Shown: positions 1 to 16,211 of the stretch, piece by piece
Layout of the letters: each line of letters opens with the position of its first letter
How positions within the stretch are numbered: the first letter of the stretch is position 1
Assembly: GCF_009914755.1 (NCBI RefSeq)
Contig: NC_060926.1
Source of the DNA: the human T2T-CHM13v2.0 reference genome, Homo sapiens
Length of the DNA: 64,000 bases
Strand: one strand, 5' to 3'
The notes under the pieces: model-generated
Databases searched by the model: none
What the model saw: only the letters and a program-made list of their open reading frames with translations
Told to the model about the DNA's origin: nothing
Made by a program: the position numbers and the translations under genes

Positions 1-24
1 AAGATTGATTTATAAATCAACCTT

Positions 25-346
<322 letters not shown>

Positions 347-1079
347 TTATTCTACTTAGAAAAGGCCGTAAAGAGTCTCTCTGTGACCACCTGTCCTGAG
401 TCGTCAACCCAAACAGCCAAGTGAATCCTTGAGGAAGAAGAGATATTGAGCCAGATTGGTCTTGATGCAGCTAACAAAGTACCTTGCTCAAAGTCGGGGT
501 AAGGGGAGCACTGAGATACAGGGGCCTGAATGTCTCATTTCCCAAACTTCCATCTGCTTTCCCAGAAGAGACTTGTCAACAGACACCTCACACCACTACT
601 ATTTTGGAAAAGTACTCAATTTCAGATTCTAACACATGTCCTCATATTCTGGAAGAATTACATCTATAGAAACATGGTTTTTCCATAATCTTAGCCTCAG
701 TCACCTTGGAAGAGGAGGAGAATTTGAACTTGGATTTTAAAAGCAGGCAAGATTCATGTCTTGGTTGTTCACAGGTGACTTCCACGCCACTGACACATCG
801 TGCACATTGCTTTTCTCACTGAAAACACACACACACACAGAGCAAGCACTTTCTTGGCTGAAAATGCCAAGGAACAAATTTTGGTGGGTGCTAACACCCA
901 TGTAGCAACAAACACAAAAGCAAATAGAGACACAGCAATTTGCTTGTTCTGTCGCCCTAAGAAAGCTATGGAAAGAGGATTTTTATTAACTCTTCCATGT
1001 AAGCCTGGAGCAATCTTCCTGTCCAAATACTAAAGTCCTTTCAGAGATTTCCCCCTCTAGTGGTTTGTGTTTAAGAATC

Positions 1080-1230
1080 TAAGGGGAGAGTAGCAAATGG
1101 GAATTACTGATCAAAGGGCATAAAGTTTCAATTATACGAGACGAATAAGTTCTGGAGACCTGCCTATAGTTAACAATACAGTATTGTACACTTAATTTAA
1201 AAGGTAGATTTCATGTTAATGTATATTACT
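1080..1230 (+). mobile_element. Old L1M 3'-end fragment
   Basis: aagggcataaagtttca...gaataagttctggaga...tattgtacactt resembles L1MA/MB 3' UTR. Confidence 0.7.
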
Positions 1231-1272
1231 TTTATATGTATAAATATTTTATACATTTACTTATTTGTATGG

Positions 1273-1614
<342 letters not shown>

Positions 1615-2129
1615 TAGACGGAGGGCGCACGCGTATATACGTGCACTTTTCAAGTCTCACAGCAATGTCTTTTAATCCTTTTCTTAAGGCAGGTAAGATA
1701 AGAAGTTTCAACCTTAACCTAACAGATAAGGAAATGGAAGCAAAGGGTACTACATTATGTATAGCAAAAACAAACCTAAAACACCATTTTTTTGCCTCTC
1801 AGATTGGGAAAACAACTTCCTTCTGGGCTGCAGGGAAAACGAAAGGAGACTCTGCCCAAAAACCCCTTCTGGGCTCCCCGTCCAGCTTGCTGGAAATCTG
1901 TGAGACACCCCGGTGGCAGTGACTGAGGTTGGGGCTGTTTACAGCTGTTCTCTTCCTCCTTTTTCCTCCTGAGTACATAGCACGCGAAGACTCCCTGGGG
2001 CCTCCCACCTGAGCAGGACGTGTGCTGCTGCCTTGAAGTGAAGGCAGCCCCGGGCTCTGGAGGCCAGCGGCACAGGGCATGAATCCTCACCCCACCAGCA
2101 GGATCCCAGCTCTATGGCTCTGGGCTTCT

Positions 2130-2290
2130 GTCCACCACTGAGAGCCTCTAAACCTCCATCTGCCACCTATAAAACTGGAAGAGCGAAACCTCTATCTCAT
2201 AGGATTGTTCTAAGGATTAAATGAGACAGAATACAGAATATACTTAGTACAGTGCCCGAAGCATACTAAGAAAGTCAGTAATAAAACTAT
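2130..2290 (+). mobile_element. MIR
   Basis: MIR core-like acctatctcataggattgtt...ggattaaatgaga...cagtgcc. Confidence 0.7.
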
Positions 2291-2808
2291 CTTCAGAGTT
2301 AAACTTTTAGGTCAAAAACCTGTCAGATTAGAAAAGGAACTATACAAAAACCCCTTGACTCCTGGGTCACGGTTCCCTGACAGGCTGTAAGAGCCATAGC
2401 TCTAGGTCTAGGGCCTACAGGCACTTAGAAAATGTGCAATTAAAAAAGTAAAGAAAGCCTCAATTATCAGCAGATGATCACAGTATCAACATAGCCAAAG
2501 AAAAGACTTATTAATCAGGAAGGGGGTTGGTCTGCTAGGAAAACACAAAAAAGATAGTTATAAGGGAAAATAGGGCAGATCACTTCAAAATATGTTGCCC
2601 ACAGGGAAAGAACCTTGGCCACTGTTCTGGTCTCAAAGGTAGTCTCACTTAGACCCAAACCACATCTCTAATACCCAGACTGACAGATCAGGCAATCAGA
2701 GGCTGATGGCCCTAAATATTGTATTCACCTAATTCCTGCTTATCCCAAGGCCCAGGATCCCTATGTGGGTCTACCTGCGGGAGAAAAAGGGAAGAAACCA
2801 CATGGACA

Positions 2809-3170
2809 CTGTCAGAGCTCAGGCTGCTACAGCAAAATACCACAGACTGACTGGGCAGCTTAAGCAACAGTGACTTTCTCACAGTTCTGGAGGCTGAAGT
2901 TCTGAGATCAGGGTGCCAGCACGGTCAGATTCTGGTGAGGGCCCTCCTCCTGGCTCACAGACTGTGTCCTTACAAGGCAGGGGGAGCAAGTGCTGGCCTC
3001 TCTCCCTCTTCTCATCATGGCACTAATCCCATCATGGGGGCCCCAACCTCATAACCTCATCTAACCCTAGTTACTTCCCAAAGCACACATACCTCCTAAA
3101 ACCATCACACTGGGAATTAGGGCTTCAATACATGAATTTCAGGGAAGACATAAACACCCAGTCCATAATA
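2809..3170 (-). mobile_element. MLT1A-like MaLR solo LTR
   Basis: ggctgctacagcaaaataccacagactg...ctcacagttctggaggctg...ggcttcaatacatgaattt. Confidence 0.85.
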
Positions 3171-3439
3171 GACACCCAGACAAGGTCTTCTAAAGGAGAT
3201 CTTTGCATCCACTAATAACCTGCTATCCTATCCATGTTTGCATGTCAGTTATTTGAGCTTGATTCATCTGAGTCCCCTGACTTTGTGCCATTAAAATCAA
3301 GCTTCAATCCATGAGCCCACAAGCCAGACTGTGCAGAGTGGTAAAGAGGCCAGTAGAACAAACGTCAGTGAGGTGCAGGGCCTCCTGGAAGTTTCCTCCA
3401 GAACAATGACCCACTACTTCAATAGTACTTTAATAACAC

Positions 3440-4560
3440 TCAAGTACAAATCAAAACCACACTGAGATACCATTCACACCCACTAGAATGGCTGGAACCA
3501 AAAAGACAGATGATAACAAGAGTTGGCAAGGATGAGAAGTTGGAGCCTTCGTACTCTGCTGGTGGGAATGTAAAATGACATTGCCACTTTGGAAAACGTT
3601 TTGGCAATTCCTCAAATGTTAAGCATTGAGTTACCATATAATCCAGTGCCAGGGGCTACATGTTTCCAAAATTTATATGTTAAAACCATTACCTCCAGGG
3701 CTATGGTGTTAGGAGCTGGGACCTTTGGGAGGTGACTAGGTCACGGGGCCAGAGCCCTCATGAATGGGATTAGTGTCCTCATAAAAGAGGCCCGAGAGCT
3801 GCCTTGCCTCTTGGGCCATATGAGGACACCTCAGGAAAATGCCACCTATGAACCAGGCCCTCTCCAGACACTGAATCCGTCTTCATCTCAGACTTCCCAG
3901 GCTCCAGTACTGTGAGATATAAACGTCTGTTGTTTATAAGCCACCCAGTCTATGATATTTCATTACAGCAGCCCAAACAATGACACATAGCAATTCCACT
4001 CCTAGCTCTATACCCAAGAAATAAAAAGGAGAACATATTTCCCCACAAACACTAGCACATGGAGGGACATAGCAGCATCCTTGATAATAGCCTCAAGGCG
4101 GAAACAACACAAATGCCCATCAACCGATGAATGGATCACTTAACTGTGGCATATCCATACAATGGAACATGATGCCACAATAGAAGGAGTACTGCCACAC
4201 CACACGCCACAGTGAGGGTGAAGCTGACGACACTATGCTGAGTGACTAAGGAAAGAAAGAAAAGATATGCTAGGCCACAAAGGACCAAGAGTACCTGATT
4301 CCATGTGTATGAAATGTCCAACACAGGCAAATCTCTAAGGACAGGAAATAGACAGTGGCTGCGTGGGGCTGGGCATGGGGAAGGAGACCTGGGAGGGGCT
4401 GGGTGGTGAAGGCTACAGGGATTGGGACTTTTTGTGGTAATGAAAATGTTCTGAAATAGACTGTGGTGATGGAGGCACAACTGACTATACTAAAAGCCAT
4501 TGAACCGTACTCTTTAATGGGGTGACAGTATGCTATGTGATTATATTTTAATAAAGCTAC
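3440..4560 (+). mobile_element. L1M (L1MB-like) 3' region, split by an MLT1A LTR
   Basis: caaatcaaaaccacactgagataccattcacacccactagaatggct; L1 resumes at caattccactcctag after the LTR; ends with aataaagct. Confidence 0.85.
3647..3985 (+). mobile_element. MLT1A-like MaLR solo LTR nested in L1M
   Basis: agagccctcatgaatgggattagtg...tgtttataagccacccagtctatg...cagcagcccaaac. Confidence 0.85.
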
Positions 4561-6789
4561 TTTATAAAAACCACCTATCTCTGTTTTGCCTGGAAAGCCT
4601 GCTAAAAATAACCCCCATGTATTGAGTACCTACTTTAGGTCAAACACTGTACCAAGCAATGTTATTATCTCATGTGTTTCTTATAACGATCTTACAAAGT
4701 GGGTAGGAACGATGATAAGCCACTCAAGGATTTATTTAAATGCCTCCTATTTAGTGATAGGAACAAGCTGAATCATGCTACAGAAAGATGCTGGTAAAAC
4801 CCACACTGACTGAAAGCTCAAAGGGTGCAACTACTTAGAGAAAGGCAAGAGATGGGGAGAAAAAAAGTCACCAGAATTCCATTCGATGCAATTTCATGGA
4901 CACCCGAGGAAGGCGACATGCACTGTGGTGGGGTCCTTCATAAGGGAGGTAAACGCACCCAGCGGTGCTGACGGTGTATGCACAATAGCACCCAGTGGGC
5001 TGATCACAGGAAAGCAATGCCAGCATAGAGGAAATGAGAGCTTTAGTCTTTGTTCTCACACTGGCTTGCTTCCCCCTGTACCCCACTAAAGGGAAAAAGT
5101 ATGCTTGATATGATTACAAAAACTGTATATGTATCTTATAAAATATTTTTCCAGAAAATTTAAAAAGTCTAAGGAGAAAGTCAGCATGAGCCATAACCTA
5201 ACATCAACACTTTGGTATTGATTTGTAGTCAATGGCAGGACCTATGCAAAATCAAATAGAATTTTCAATGTCCAGTAGCAAACACACTGGACAAAATCCG
5301 GAGACAGAAATGAGAAAAAACATGCCATGCTCTGAGCCTAAAACTTCAAAGACAGCTGTGGGGAAAACAAGCCCGCAGAGATTTCTTCTGAACACAGGAC
5401 ATCTGAGAAGGGAAGGAGCTTGCCCAAATCCCCACTGACCAAGGTGGCCACAAAGGGAGAAGGCTCTCACCCTCGTGCCTGTCTTCCTGAAATCTCACCA
5501 TCAAGGAGGGCTCCTGAACTCAGCCCGCTCACCTCCATGCACAGGCAGCAGCTGACCGAGGGCAGCAGGGAGCAGAAGATGGAAGGATGCCAAACACCAT
5601 GACTTCCAGGTGCAAGTGTCCAAGGGTAACCATCCTCAGGGTGAAACAGGGGCCCCATCCATAGCGCTAGGCCCTGGCACTCCAGGGATAGAACACTCTC
5701 CTTTTGGCAAATGCTTCCTGGCAGCAGGTGCCAGAGGACGGGCTACAGCTGCAGACAAAGGCCAGTTACGACTCCTTGATGGCAAAGCCACAGGGCTGCG
5801 GCCCAGTTACTTGTCATGGCTGCCATCTGCCTGGGGACCCAGGAAATGAACACTAGCTCCTGGGAACACCAACCTGGCCCCTAGACTGCCCTGCAGTGGC
5901 CCAGGCAGTTTATCTGTGTCTGGCCAACAGCCAGCCATTTCCCCACCTTGCAGTTAGAACCAAAGCCCAGGACTGCATTTCAAGTTGGAGAATTTTATAG
6001 TTCTCCATTTTTGTGGATCCCTAACCACTTTCTCTCTCCCTCTAGTTAATTTTGGGTTGTAGCTAATTGCTAGGAAGATGCATTTCCAGGAGGAAGGAGA
6101 GGGAAGGTGGAATGTCACACTGGTGAAACTGAATCATGCAAATGACCATTTGGAGAGATAGCATTGCATAGTGGTTATGAGCAAATTTCAGAGCAAGCAA
6201 GGCCCCTGTTTAAACTCCAGTTCTATCCATCACTAACCAGGAGCCTTCAGGAACAAACTTTACCTTCTCCACCAGGTGTTAAATAATACCTCTACTTAAC
6301 AGAGTCCAGCATAATACATGACACAAATCAGGTGCTCAGTACATGGTTATTACTATCATCTTAATAAGGGTCATCCAAACCTTACATAAAATGAAGAAAT
6401 TCCATAGTTAAGTCTTTCCTTCTGCAATTCTTTATGAGCACCTACTACATGCCAAGCATGAGTCTAGGGGTTCGGGATAAAAAGAAGACAGTTAAGGAAT
6501 ACTGTTGCCTCGGTGAGCTTAAAGGCTTGTGAGGGAGATGGACAAGTCAATAGACCAGTACATTAATTAAATGCAGGTAATTAAATCTTTAAACAAAAAA
6601 CACCCATGGCATTGCAGAAAAAGAATATGAGTGGTGAAGGCAAAGCAGGAACTACCTGGTCAATTACTAAGTTGTGCTTCCTTAGTTGCCTAGTTTCCAC
6701 AGTCTGGGAACTGTCCCAAGATGGAAATAAAAGGCTTTTCATTCCCATCTGAAATCCTGGCAACCCATTTCCCAAAAGAAATGCAAATG

Positions 6790-7322
6790 CTCCCAAAGCA
6801 TATGAGAATATGTTCAGCTAGGCTGCTAACTAAAGAAATGCACGTTAACATGGAGAATTAGCATTGCTGATAAAAAGAATTATAACTCTTAGTGCTGGCA
6901 AAGGAGAATAAACATTTTCATCCCCTGCTAGTGGTAAATTAGTATGACCTTTTTGGAGCACGGCTCGACACTGGTCGTCAAAATTATGTAAGCATTTTCT
7001 TTGACCCAGACTTCTAGTAATTTATCCTAAAGAAATAACAAGACAGGCATTAAAATACAAATGTTTAAGGACAGTTATTCTGGATTTTTTCTAACCTTAA
7101 GGCATTGGAAATAACCCATGTCTTCAGCATAAAATTGCTAAAATAGGCTAAACCCATACATAGAATACCGCACAGCTATCAAAAAATAACAAACCTCTAT
7201 TTATCCATGGAAAGATGTTCAAACTATGGTGTTAAATACAGAAAAAACAGTTTTCAAAAAAACTATACGTAGATCATCTCTGTTTTAAAAAAGCTAAATG
7301 GATATACGTGTGTGTACACACG

Positions 7323-7357
<35 letters not shown>

Positions 7358-7480
7358 ACACACGGAGCATACATCAAAATGTTAGTTCCGGTTATCCCTG
7401 GAAGTCCCCATAACAAGTGAGTTTCACTGTATTCTCTGCACCTTTATGAATTACCTCAACTGTTTACAATAAACATATAT
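6790..7480 (+). mobile_element. Degenerate L1ME-like fragment containing a (CA)n microsatellite at ~7315-7363
   Basis: Weak similarity to old L1 3' end; CA repeat seen directly. Confidence 0.6.
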
Positions 7481-7949
7481 TACTTTGCCTTGCCCCACGC
7501 CTTTCTTACTGCAGACCATGGGCGGGGGTGGGAATGAAATTGAGGCATCAAGAAACAATCTTTTTATCCCCTCACTACATGACTATCCCTTGTTGCTAAG
7601 TCAAAAGCAACTTTCTAAATATGCTGAAGTGTATGTCTGGGTTTTCTTACAATTTTATTACAAATTCTTTTATTCCATGTTCTTGAAAAGCAAAACAAAA
7701 CGCGAAGGTAGACAATTTCAAACTCTTCCAGGATGACAAATAAAACAATTTTCAAAATTTTAGGGATAGAAAGTAAGTTATTCAATGCCATGTTTAATCT
7801 TCACCATTACGCCACTTGGCAGCTGTCGTGACCCTCCCTCCCTTTCATGGATGAGAAAACTGGGGTTCTGAAAGATGAATAAATCACGTGGAGTCACAGA
7901 GCAGGTAAGCAGCAGAGTGGAGCTCTGATGGAGGACTCTTCTCAGGACC

Positions 7950-8676
7950 ACATTAGCTTCGTACGGCTGCCACAATACAGCACTACAAACCAAGTGGCTT
8001 AAACCAGGGGTCCGCAATCCCCAGGCCACAGACTGTCACCTGCTTTATCTGTATTTATAGCCACGCCCCGTCACTCGCATTACCGCCTGGGCTCCACCTC
8101 CTGTCAGATCGGCAATGGCATTAGATTCTCATAGGAGCACAAACCCTAAAAGTGTACAATAAATGTAATGTGCTTGAATCATCCCCAAACCATCCCCCAC
8201 CCAACCCCAGTCCGCGGAAAAATTTTCTTCCATGAAATCAGTCGCTGGTGCCAAAAGGGTTGGGGACCACTGGCTTAAGCAACAGAAATGTATCGTCCCA
8301 CAGTTCTGGAGGCTACAAGTCCGAAATCAAGGTGTCTGCAGGGCCACCCTCCCTATTAAACTTACAGGGAAGCTCCCTCTTCTAGCCTCTGGTCTTTGCT
8401 GCAATCTTTGGCATTCTTTGGCCTGTAGATGCATTACTACAATCTCTGCCTCCTTGTCCCGTGGGAGTCTACTCCCCATGTCTGATTGTGTCTCTGCTTT
8501 CTCTTCTTATAAGGACACTAGTAATATCGGATTAGGTCCCACCCTAATCAAACATAACCTGATCTTCACTTGTTTACATCTGCAAAGACCCTGTTTCCAA
8601 ATAAGGTCACATTCTTCCGTACTGGGGGACAAGGACTTCAACATATCTTTTACGGGGACACAATTTAGCCCATAAC
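7950..8676 (-). mobile_element. MLT1C-like MaLR LTR split by MER1
   Basis: ggctgccacaatacagcactacaaaccaagtggctt...cacagttctggaggctacaagtcc...ccctgtttccaaataaggtcacattc. Confidence 0.85.
8005..8272. mobile_element. MER1B-like hAT-Charlie DNA transposon
   Basis: TIRs caggggtcc / ggggaccactg; 8-bp TSD gcttaaac (7997-8004) and gcttaagc (8273-8280). Confidence 0.9.
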
Positions 8677-9984
8677 AGGAACCAAGCCTACACTCCTTCC
8701 TCTAGTGCATCTTACCTGCAGCACCATAACCCAGTAGTGTCATGTCTGTGTTGTGCCTGGTTTCATCTGTCCTGGTCAGGACAGTGGAGGGCCACTCCCT
8801 TCTGCCTCCAGGTGAGTCTAAATTCACACTACTCAAGGCGGAGGAGCTCCCATCCTGCTGAAATGGCTCCACCTTCTGCCTTAACTCTCATCAGCCATCG
8901 AGGGCATCTCTGAAGTTATTTATTCTTCTAGTTCAGGTTCTGCTCTTGAGTTAAAACACATTCAAGAGCTTTGTCAAGTTAAGAGCACTAGACAAGTGTG
9001 GAATAAATAGGATTCACTTTCTCAGAGCCTCTGATTTAGGGCCAGATCAAACACCCTACGGGAAGAAGCGGGGAGAGACATGATACTGTTTTAATATGTT
9101 CTTGGTATAACTCATTGCCTTCACAGTCCAGCTCAGGCACCAAAAGCAAATTACCTATCCATCACTTCTTGACTCAATTTTCTTTTTAAATTTCTGGAGT
9201 TGTTTCCAAAAGCAGCAAGGGTGCTGGTGGAGTCAGTCATCAAAAGGCTATCAAGCTATCCTGTTGACTGGTGGTTTTCAGGCCGATGCATTTGGCTCAG
9301 CAAATTGGAAAAGAACGCACAGCAAGCAGCCTGGGTGAGAACCGGTGGGCCTGTCTATTTCACATGGGAAGACACACAAAGGACTTATGCCTCTCTCAGG
9401 ACATCCACTGTGGGGCCCTCCAATTCCCATCCCAATGTGCTGCTGAGCAGAACACCATTGGGAGGTACATTGGAACAGGAGAACCACCTCTCGGGCTGCA
9501 TTGTGACGCTGTGTTGTAGAATTAGAAGGCTGTCCAGGTGAACAACATCTCCCACCTGCCTTCACTTCCATCTCAGCAAGCTGACTGACAGCCCAGGAGA
9601 CAGCTGGGCCTGGGGACCCTCCACACAGCCCCACCTGTACTGCAATCATATGCAAAATGTCAGAGACCCCCCAGTGAGTGTCAAGCTGGACCTTCTGTGG
9701 CAAGCATCCCATGGCCCTCGCAGCTGATGGTGGCAGGAGGCTGTTCTTCCTGGGGCCTTACACAGTACACAGGGCAGAGAATGGCAGGACAGACACGAAA
9801 TTCCATGTCATTCGGCCCTGCCAAGTTCCTCCTACACTTATTTCTCCCCACGCCCTCCATCTCCAGCACCTCCTTCCTTTCCTCAGTATCCACTCTTCTC
9901 GTTTCCAAATCTCCTCAACCTTCATTTTTAAAGAACTTTCATCTGTTTTTTGAAAACAAGTTAAAAATGACCCAACTGAAGAGA

Positions 9985-10492
<508 letters not shown>

Positions 10493-11649
10493 GTTGTCAT
10501 AAAATGTGTCCCCTCCTTCCTCTGTCCCCAGCCCCCTCCTGGAGGGGAGGCGACCCTGCTGCCAGTCTCCTTTGTATCCTTTATATGCCTACACAAGTGT
10601 GTGTGGATGCAAACCTCTTTTGTTAAAACAAATGAGAAAAAACCACACATGCTATTTTGTGTCATGCTCTCTTCACTTAATGCAGCTTGGAGGTCACGAC
10701 GTTAAGTAAACAGATAGTGCTTCATTCTTTAGAGTGGCTGCATAGCAATCCACTGTCACCAGACCAGTGTCACCAACCCCACCCGCACCCCCAGGCTCCT
10801 CTGTCACCCACTGTGAGGCTGGCTCCCTTCTCTCCCAAACACTCTCATCCTACCCTCCCAGTCTCCACATCCTCAAACTCTTTTTCTGACTCTTCCTTTT
10901 ACCTTTCTTGCCCTAATAAAAATGTAGCTGTTCTCTGAGGAAGCTGCTTTCCCTGCCTTTGCAGTAGAGGCTGCTTTTCCTCTCTGATCCCACATTCTCC
11001 AAGCCTCTTTCTTCCTGGTGGCTGCCCCCAGCTTCCTCCCTCAACACTGCCAGTTGCCATCAGACTAAAGCACCCACCACACCTCCCTCCTGGCACTGCC
11101 CCCTCACCTCCTGGCCCCTTCCCTGCACTCACTGACGACTCACTGATGATGACCTGCTTCATGGCCTTCACCTCCTCCCCAAATTCTACACACATTCCTG
11201 GTAACTTAAATCTCAAATGGATCATACTGCCAACACCTGGCCTCACCCATGTCCCTGACCTTTTGTCCCCACCCTGCCTCAGCCACTCACTCTACCCTAA
11301 ATCTGTGCCAATAAATGAAACGCCTATGGAATCTTGGTTTTTAGCAGCCTACTCTCAGATTAGTACCCCACGCCAACAATTACTGACCTATCAAGGCTTC
11401 TCATCTTCTAATCAAGACTGCTAATCCATGGTGATTATTCATTAGCTTTGCCATTATCCTTCCACCTCTCCTTGGCTACTTTATTCTCTCTTCTTAGAAC
11501 CCCTTGCTTGTAAACATAACTTTCCCTTGCCCCTCCTTCTATATTACCTGTTGAAAATCCTGGCCATGAGTAAACCTGATGGTCCACCTTCTCCATACCT
11601 TTATTTCCTACCACAGGAAAGTAACCAAATTTGGAACTTAAAAAAACTA

Positions 11650-12780
<1,131 letters not shown>

Positions 12781-13697
12781 AATCTTTAAAATGCAAAACA
12801 AAAACTATCAGGGCTAGGTACGCTCTGGTGGTGCTGAAACCAAACTCTCTTTCCCTGAGTATGAAATACCCCATCATATCCACAGTAGGGATACACAGTC
12901 ACCAGGTGGCAAGGCTAAGGAAGGTTTCCAGTTGCTTTGCATGACTAATTCAAGCTCAAGATTCATCCCAAGGTTTTGGGTCCAGTTCAAAAAAATAAAG
13001 GGAATTAGCTAAGGGCCAGTTGCATATTTTCCAATTTCCTCTAATATTACTCTCCAGCAACTAACTGAAAACCAATGGCTTTTCTAGCTGTGCCCCTCAT
13101 AACTCATTTATGCTCATTAATAGGCAAATATCAGCTTCTCAGCTGGCAGTGATTTCATTAATTTTAAACTTACATGGGGTAAAGCCAGGGATTAAAACTT
13201 TAAACCAAAGCCAACAATATAGAGGATTGTGAGTATCACTTAAATCCCTAGGTTAGGAATCTCCAAGTGAATTCATTGGCATTGGCATTGTCACGTGAAC
13301 AATTACCTGGGAATTAATCAAAGCAACTCCTCTGTGAGTTTTTGCCTTTTCGACAATGATATATACTTTTAAAAAACAGTAACCTGTTTGGGGGATTATT
13401 AAAAACAGTGAAACCAAAGACATTTCTCATCATCAATTTTGATCTTGGAAAACCTCCAGACCTAACAAATGTTCACACAGATCCCAACGCTATAGAAAAG
13501 CCACAATTATTCGTGGCTTTCTGACTAACATGTACGAAACTCATTTCAGCAGAAAGGAAATCAGATTAAAAAGCAAATTAGAATAATGAAATTGGAAAAC
13601 CCTGAATTCAATTCCTTCTGGAACTGAAAATCAAATTATGTATTATTAGCTCTAAAATAAGAAAGAAAAAGCAGAGGGAAAAACTTTCTCCTTTGAG

Positions 13698-13985
13698 GGC
13701 ACTGGCCAATACAAATATAATATAAGCCACATATGTAATTTTAAATTTCTAAAAGACATTTTTAAAAGCTAAAGCAAAAAAAAAATTTAAGTTTAACCAA
13801 TATATCAAAAATATTCTAATATCAACATGTAATGAACATTTTTTTAACTATTAATAAATACTTTTTCTCATTAAGTCTTTAGGATTTAGTGTGTATTTTA
13901 TACTTACAACACATCTCAGTTCAGACAAGCCACATATCAAGTGCTAAAATATTGCATTAGTGGCAACCATATTGGACAGTGCAGC
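13698..13985. mobile_element. MER33-like hAT relic
   Basis: gcactggccaatacaaat...agccacatatgtaattttaaatttct...catattggacagtgcag. Confidence 0.75.
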
Positions 13986-14172
13986 TATAGAACCAAAGAT
14001 GACATGTTCTTCTGACACGACAGTGGCTAGCTCCTGAAATCCGAGTATATCTCTACATTATACTCTCTAGGCTTCTTATTGAATTCCTCAAATACCCAGA
14101 ACAGCTTGGGTTGGGTGCATTAGTTGCTCCTTTGGCTAGACCAGCATTAAGTCAAGGTTGATCATCACAGGG

Positions 14173-14521
14173 CAGGTTAAGTATCCTTTATCCAAAATGC
14201 TTAGGACCAGAAGGGTTTCAGGTTTCAGATTTTTTTTGGATTTTGGGATGGCTGCATATACATAATGAGATATATTGGGGATGGAACCCAAATCTAAACA
14301 TGAAATTCGTTTATGTTTCGTATACACCTTGTACACATAGCCTGAAGGTAATCTTATACAATATTTTAAGTAATTTTGTGCATGAAACAAAGTTTTGACT
14401 GTGACCAGTCACATGAGGTCAGGTGAGGAATTTTCTACTTGTGACATCAGGTTGGTGCTTAAAAAGCTTTGAATTTGGGAGTATTTCAAATTTTGGATTT
14501 TCAGAGTAGAGATGCTCAACC
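14173..14521. mobile_element. Tigger4b/MER46-like TcMar relic
   Basis: caggttaagtatcctttatccaaaatgctt...ttttggattttcag...gatgctcaacc TIR-like ends. Confidence 0.8.
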
Positions 14522-14909
14522 ATCATTTGAAATTTTTAAAAGTCAGTTTACTACTATTTTCTAGTTTTTTTCAACCACAAATTCACTTTTAAAAATTAAC
14601 TTTATCATAAATGATATCATCTGTAACATCACAAGTTTGATTCTTAATTTGTTAAAAAAAAAAAAAAACTAATGCCCATTAAAATAGACATTTAACATTT
14701 AAAGTAAGTTTTTGTACACTAAAGCTAATAATGACATGAACTAAAATTTGCTCTCATTAGTGAGTCAGTTATGGTGTCATCTTTTAAAAGTTTTCCATCT
14801 GGCATATTCAATCTCAGATATGTTACTGTCTGAATCACTTGGCCTCAAAGAGGTATTGCAACACTTGTATGTTGGAATATGGCCTAACATCCCATTCAAG
14901 AGTACTTTC

Positions 14910-15299
<390 letters not shown>

Positions 15300-15304
15300 T
15301 GATA

Positions 15305-15398
15305 CCCACACATACACGTATACATGCACATATATACATATAACTGCATGCACACACATATACATACACATATTAGCGTATAGGTATATGCATAAAAA

Positions 15399-15429
<31 letters not shown>

Positions 15430-15430
15430 A
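15305..15430. repeat. (CA/TA)-rich tract followed by (TG)n microsatellite
   Basis: Directly visible. Confidence 0.85.
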
Positions 15431-16119
15431 CTCATTGCAATCATCCTACGAAAGAGGAATTGTCTTTTTCTTGCTTTTCCAGACGAGGGAATGAGGCACA
15501 GAGCAGTTACTGGCTTCCATAATCACAGAGATACAAATCTGATTACGGAACCTGTGTCCTTATTACCCTGGGGTTTACAAATGATATAAAGAGATGGAAG
15601 TTGGAAAAGACATATGTTTTAGAGTCACAAACGTTAAGTCCTTCAAAGTCAAAATCTTCACCCATGGGATATGAAGACCGGGGCAAGCAACATCCCCTAA
15701 TACAGAGAGGGGCAGAAGGCAAATAGAATAATTTAGAATGCCCTTAAGATGTCTTCTGTAAATGACAGTGGAGAATTCATCTTACTTAGAAGAAAAACAG
15801 CATAAAAATCCAAGAGAACAAAGATTCCGATAAGAAAAAGCAACAGGATGGATGGATGAGCGGATGGATAGACCAGCAAACACATATTCTCAAAATCTGA
15901 GAACAGAGAAAATTATAAAGGTACATCCTCTCTCTCTGACCATCCCAAGAGGACCCTACCACATGGCTGGCATTGCACTAGTCACTCTCAGAAGCAACCT
16001 GGGGACCTTCTTCTCATCACTGGGACAAAAGCTGCAGGGCAAGCTGTGTTGAGGGCCTCATTCCGTGGCCTTCATCTGCACGGGTTCTTCAGCCTGGAGA
16101 AAGACAAGAATCTACTTAC

Positions 16120-16211
16120 ATGTACTCCCTATGGGCAGAGTGCACAGCGGCCGCGTTGCTGTAACGCCACAGGACAATCGCCGATGACAGGACGTCCAGG
16201 ATGGCATCAAA
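16120..16211 (-). CDS. TMEM163: TMEM163 internal coding exon (92 bp, probably exon 4) with DxxxD transmembrane zinc-site motif
   Basis: Minus strand reads ctaatgccatgtctccttctcctag|TTTGATGCC...GAGTACAT|gtaagtag, with a branch-like CTAAT, a pyrimidine tract and canonical ends. It translates FDAILDVLSSAIVLWRYSNAAAVHSAHREY(I), recognised as TMEM163. Confidence 0.96.

Noticed and set aside
2809-3985. Two MLT1A LTRs in opposite orientation about 480 bp apart
   Set aside because: Old and visibly diverged, so a stable duplex is unlikely.
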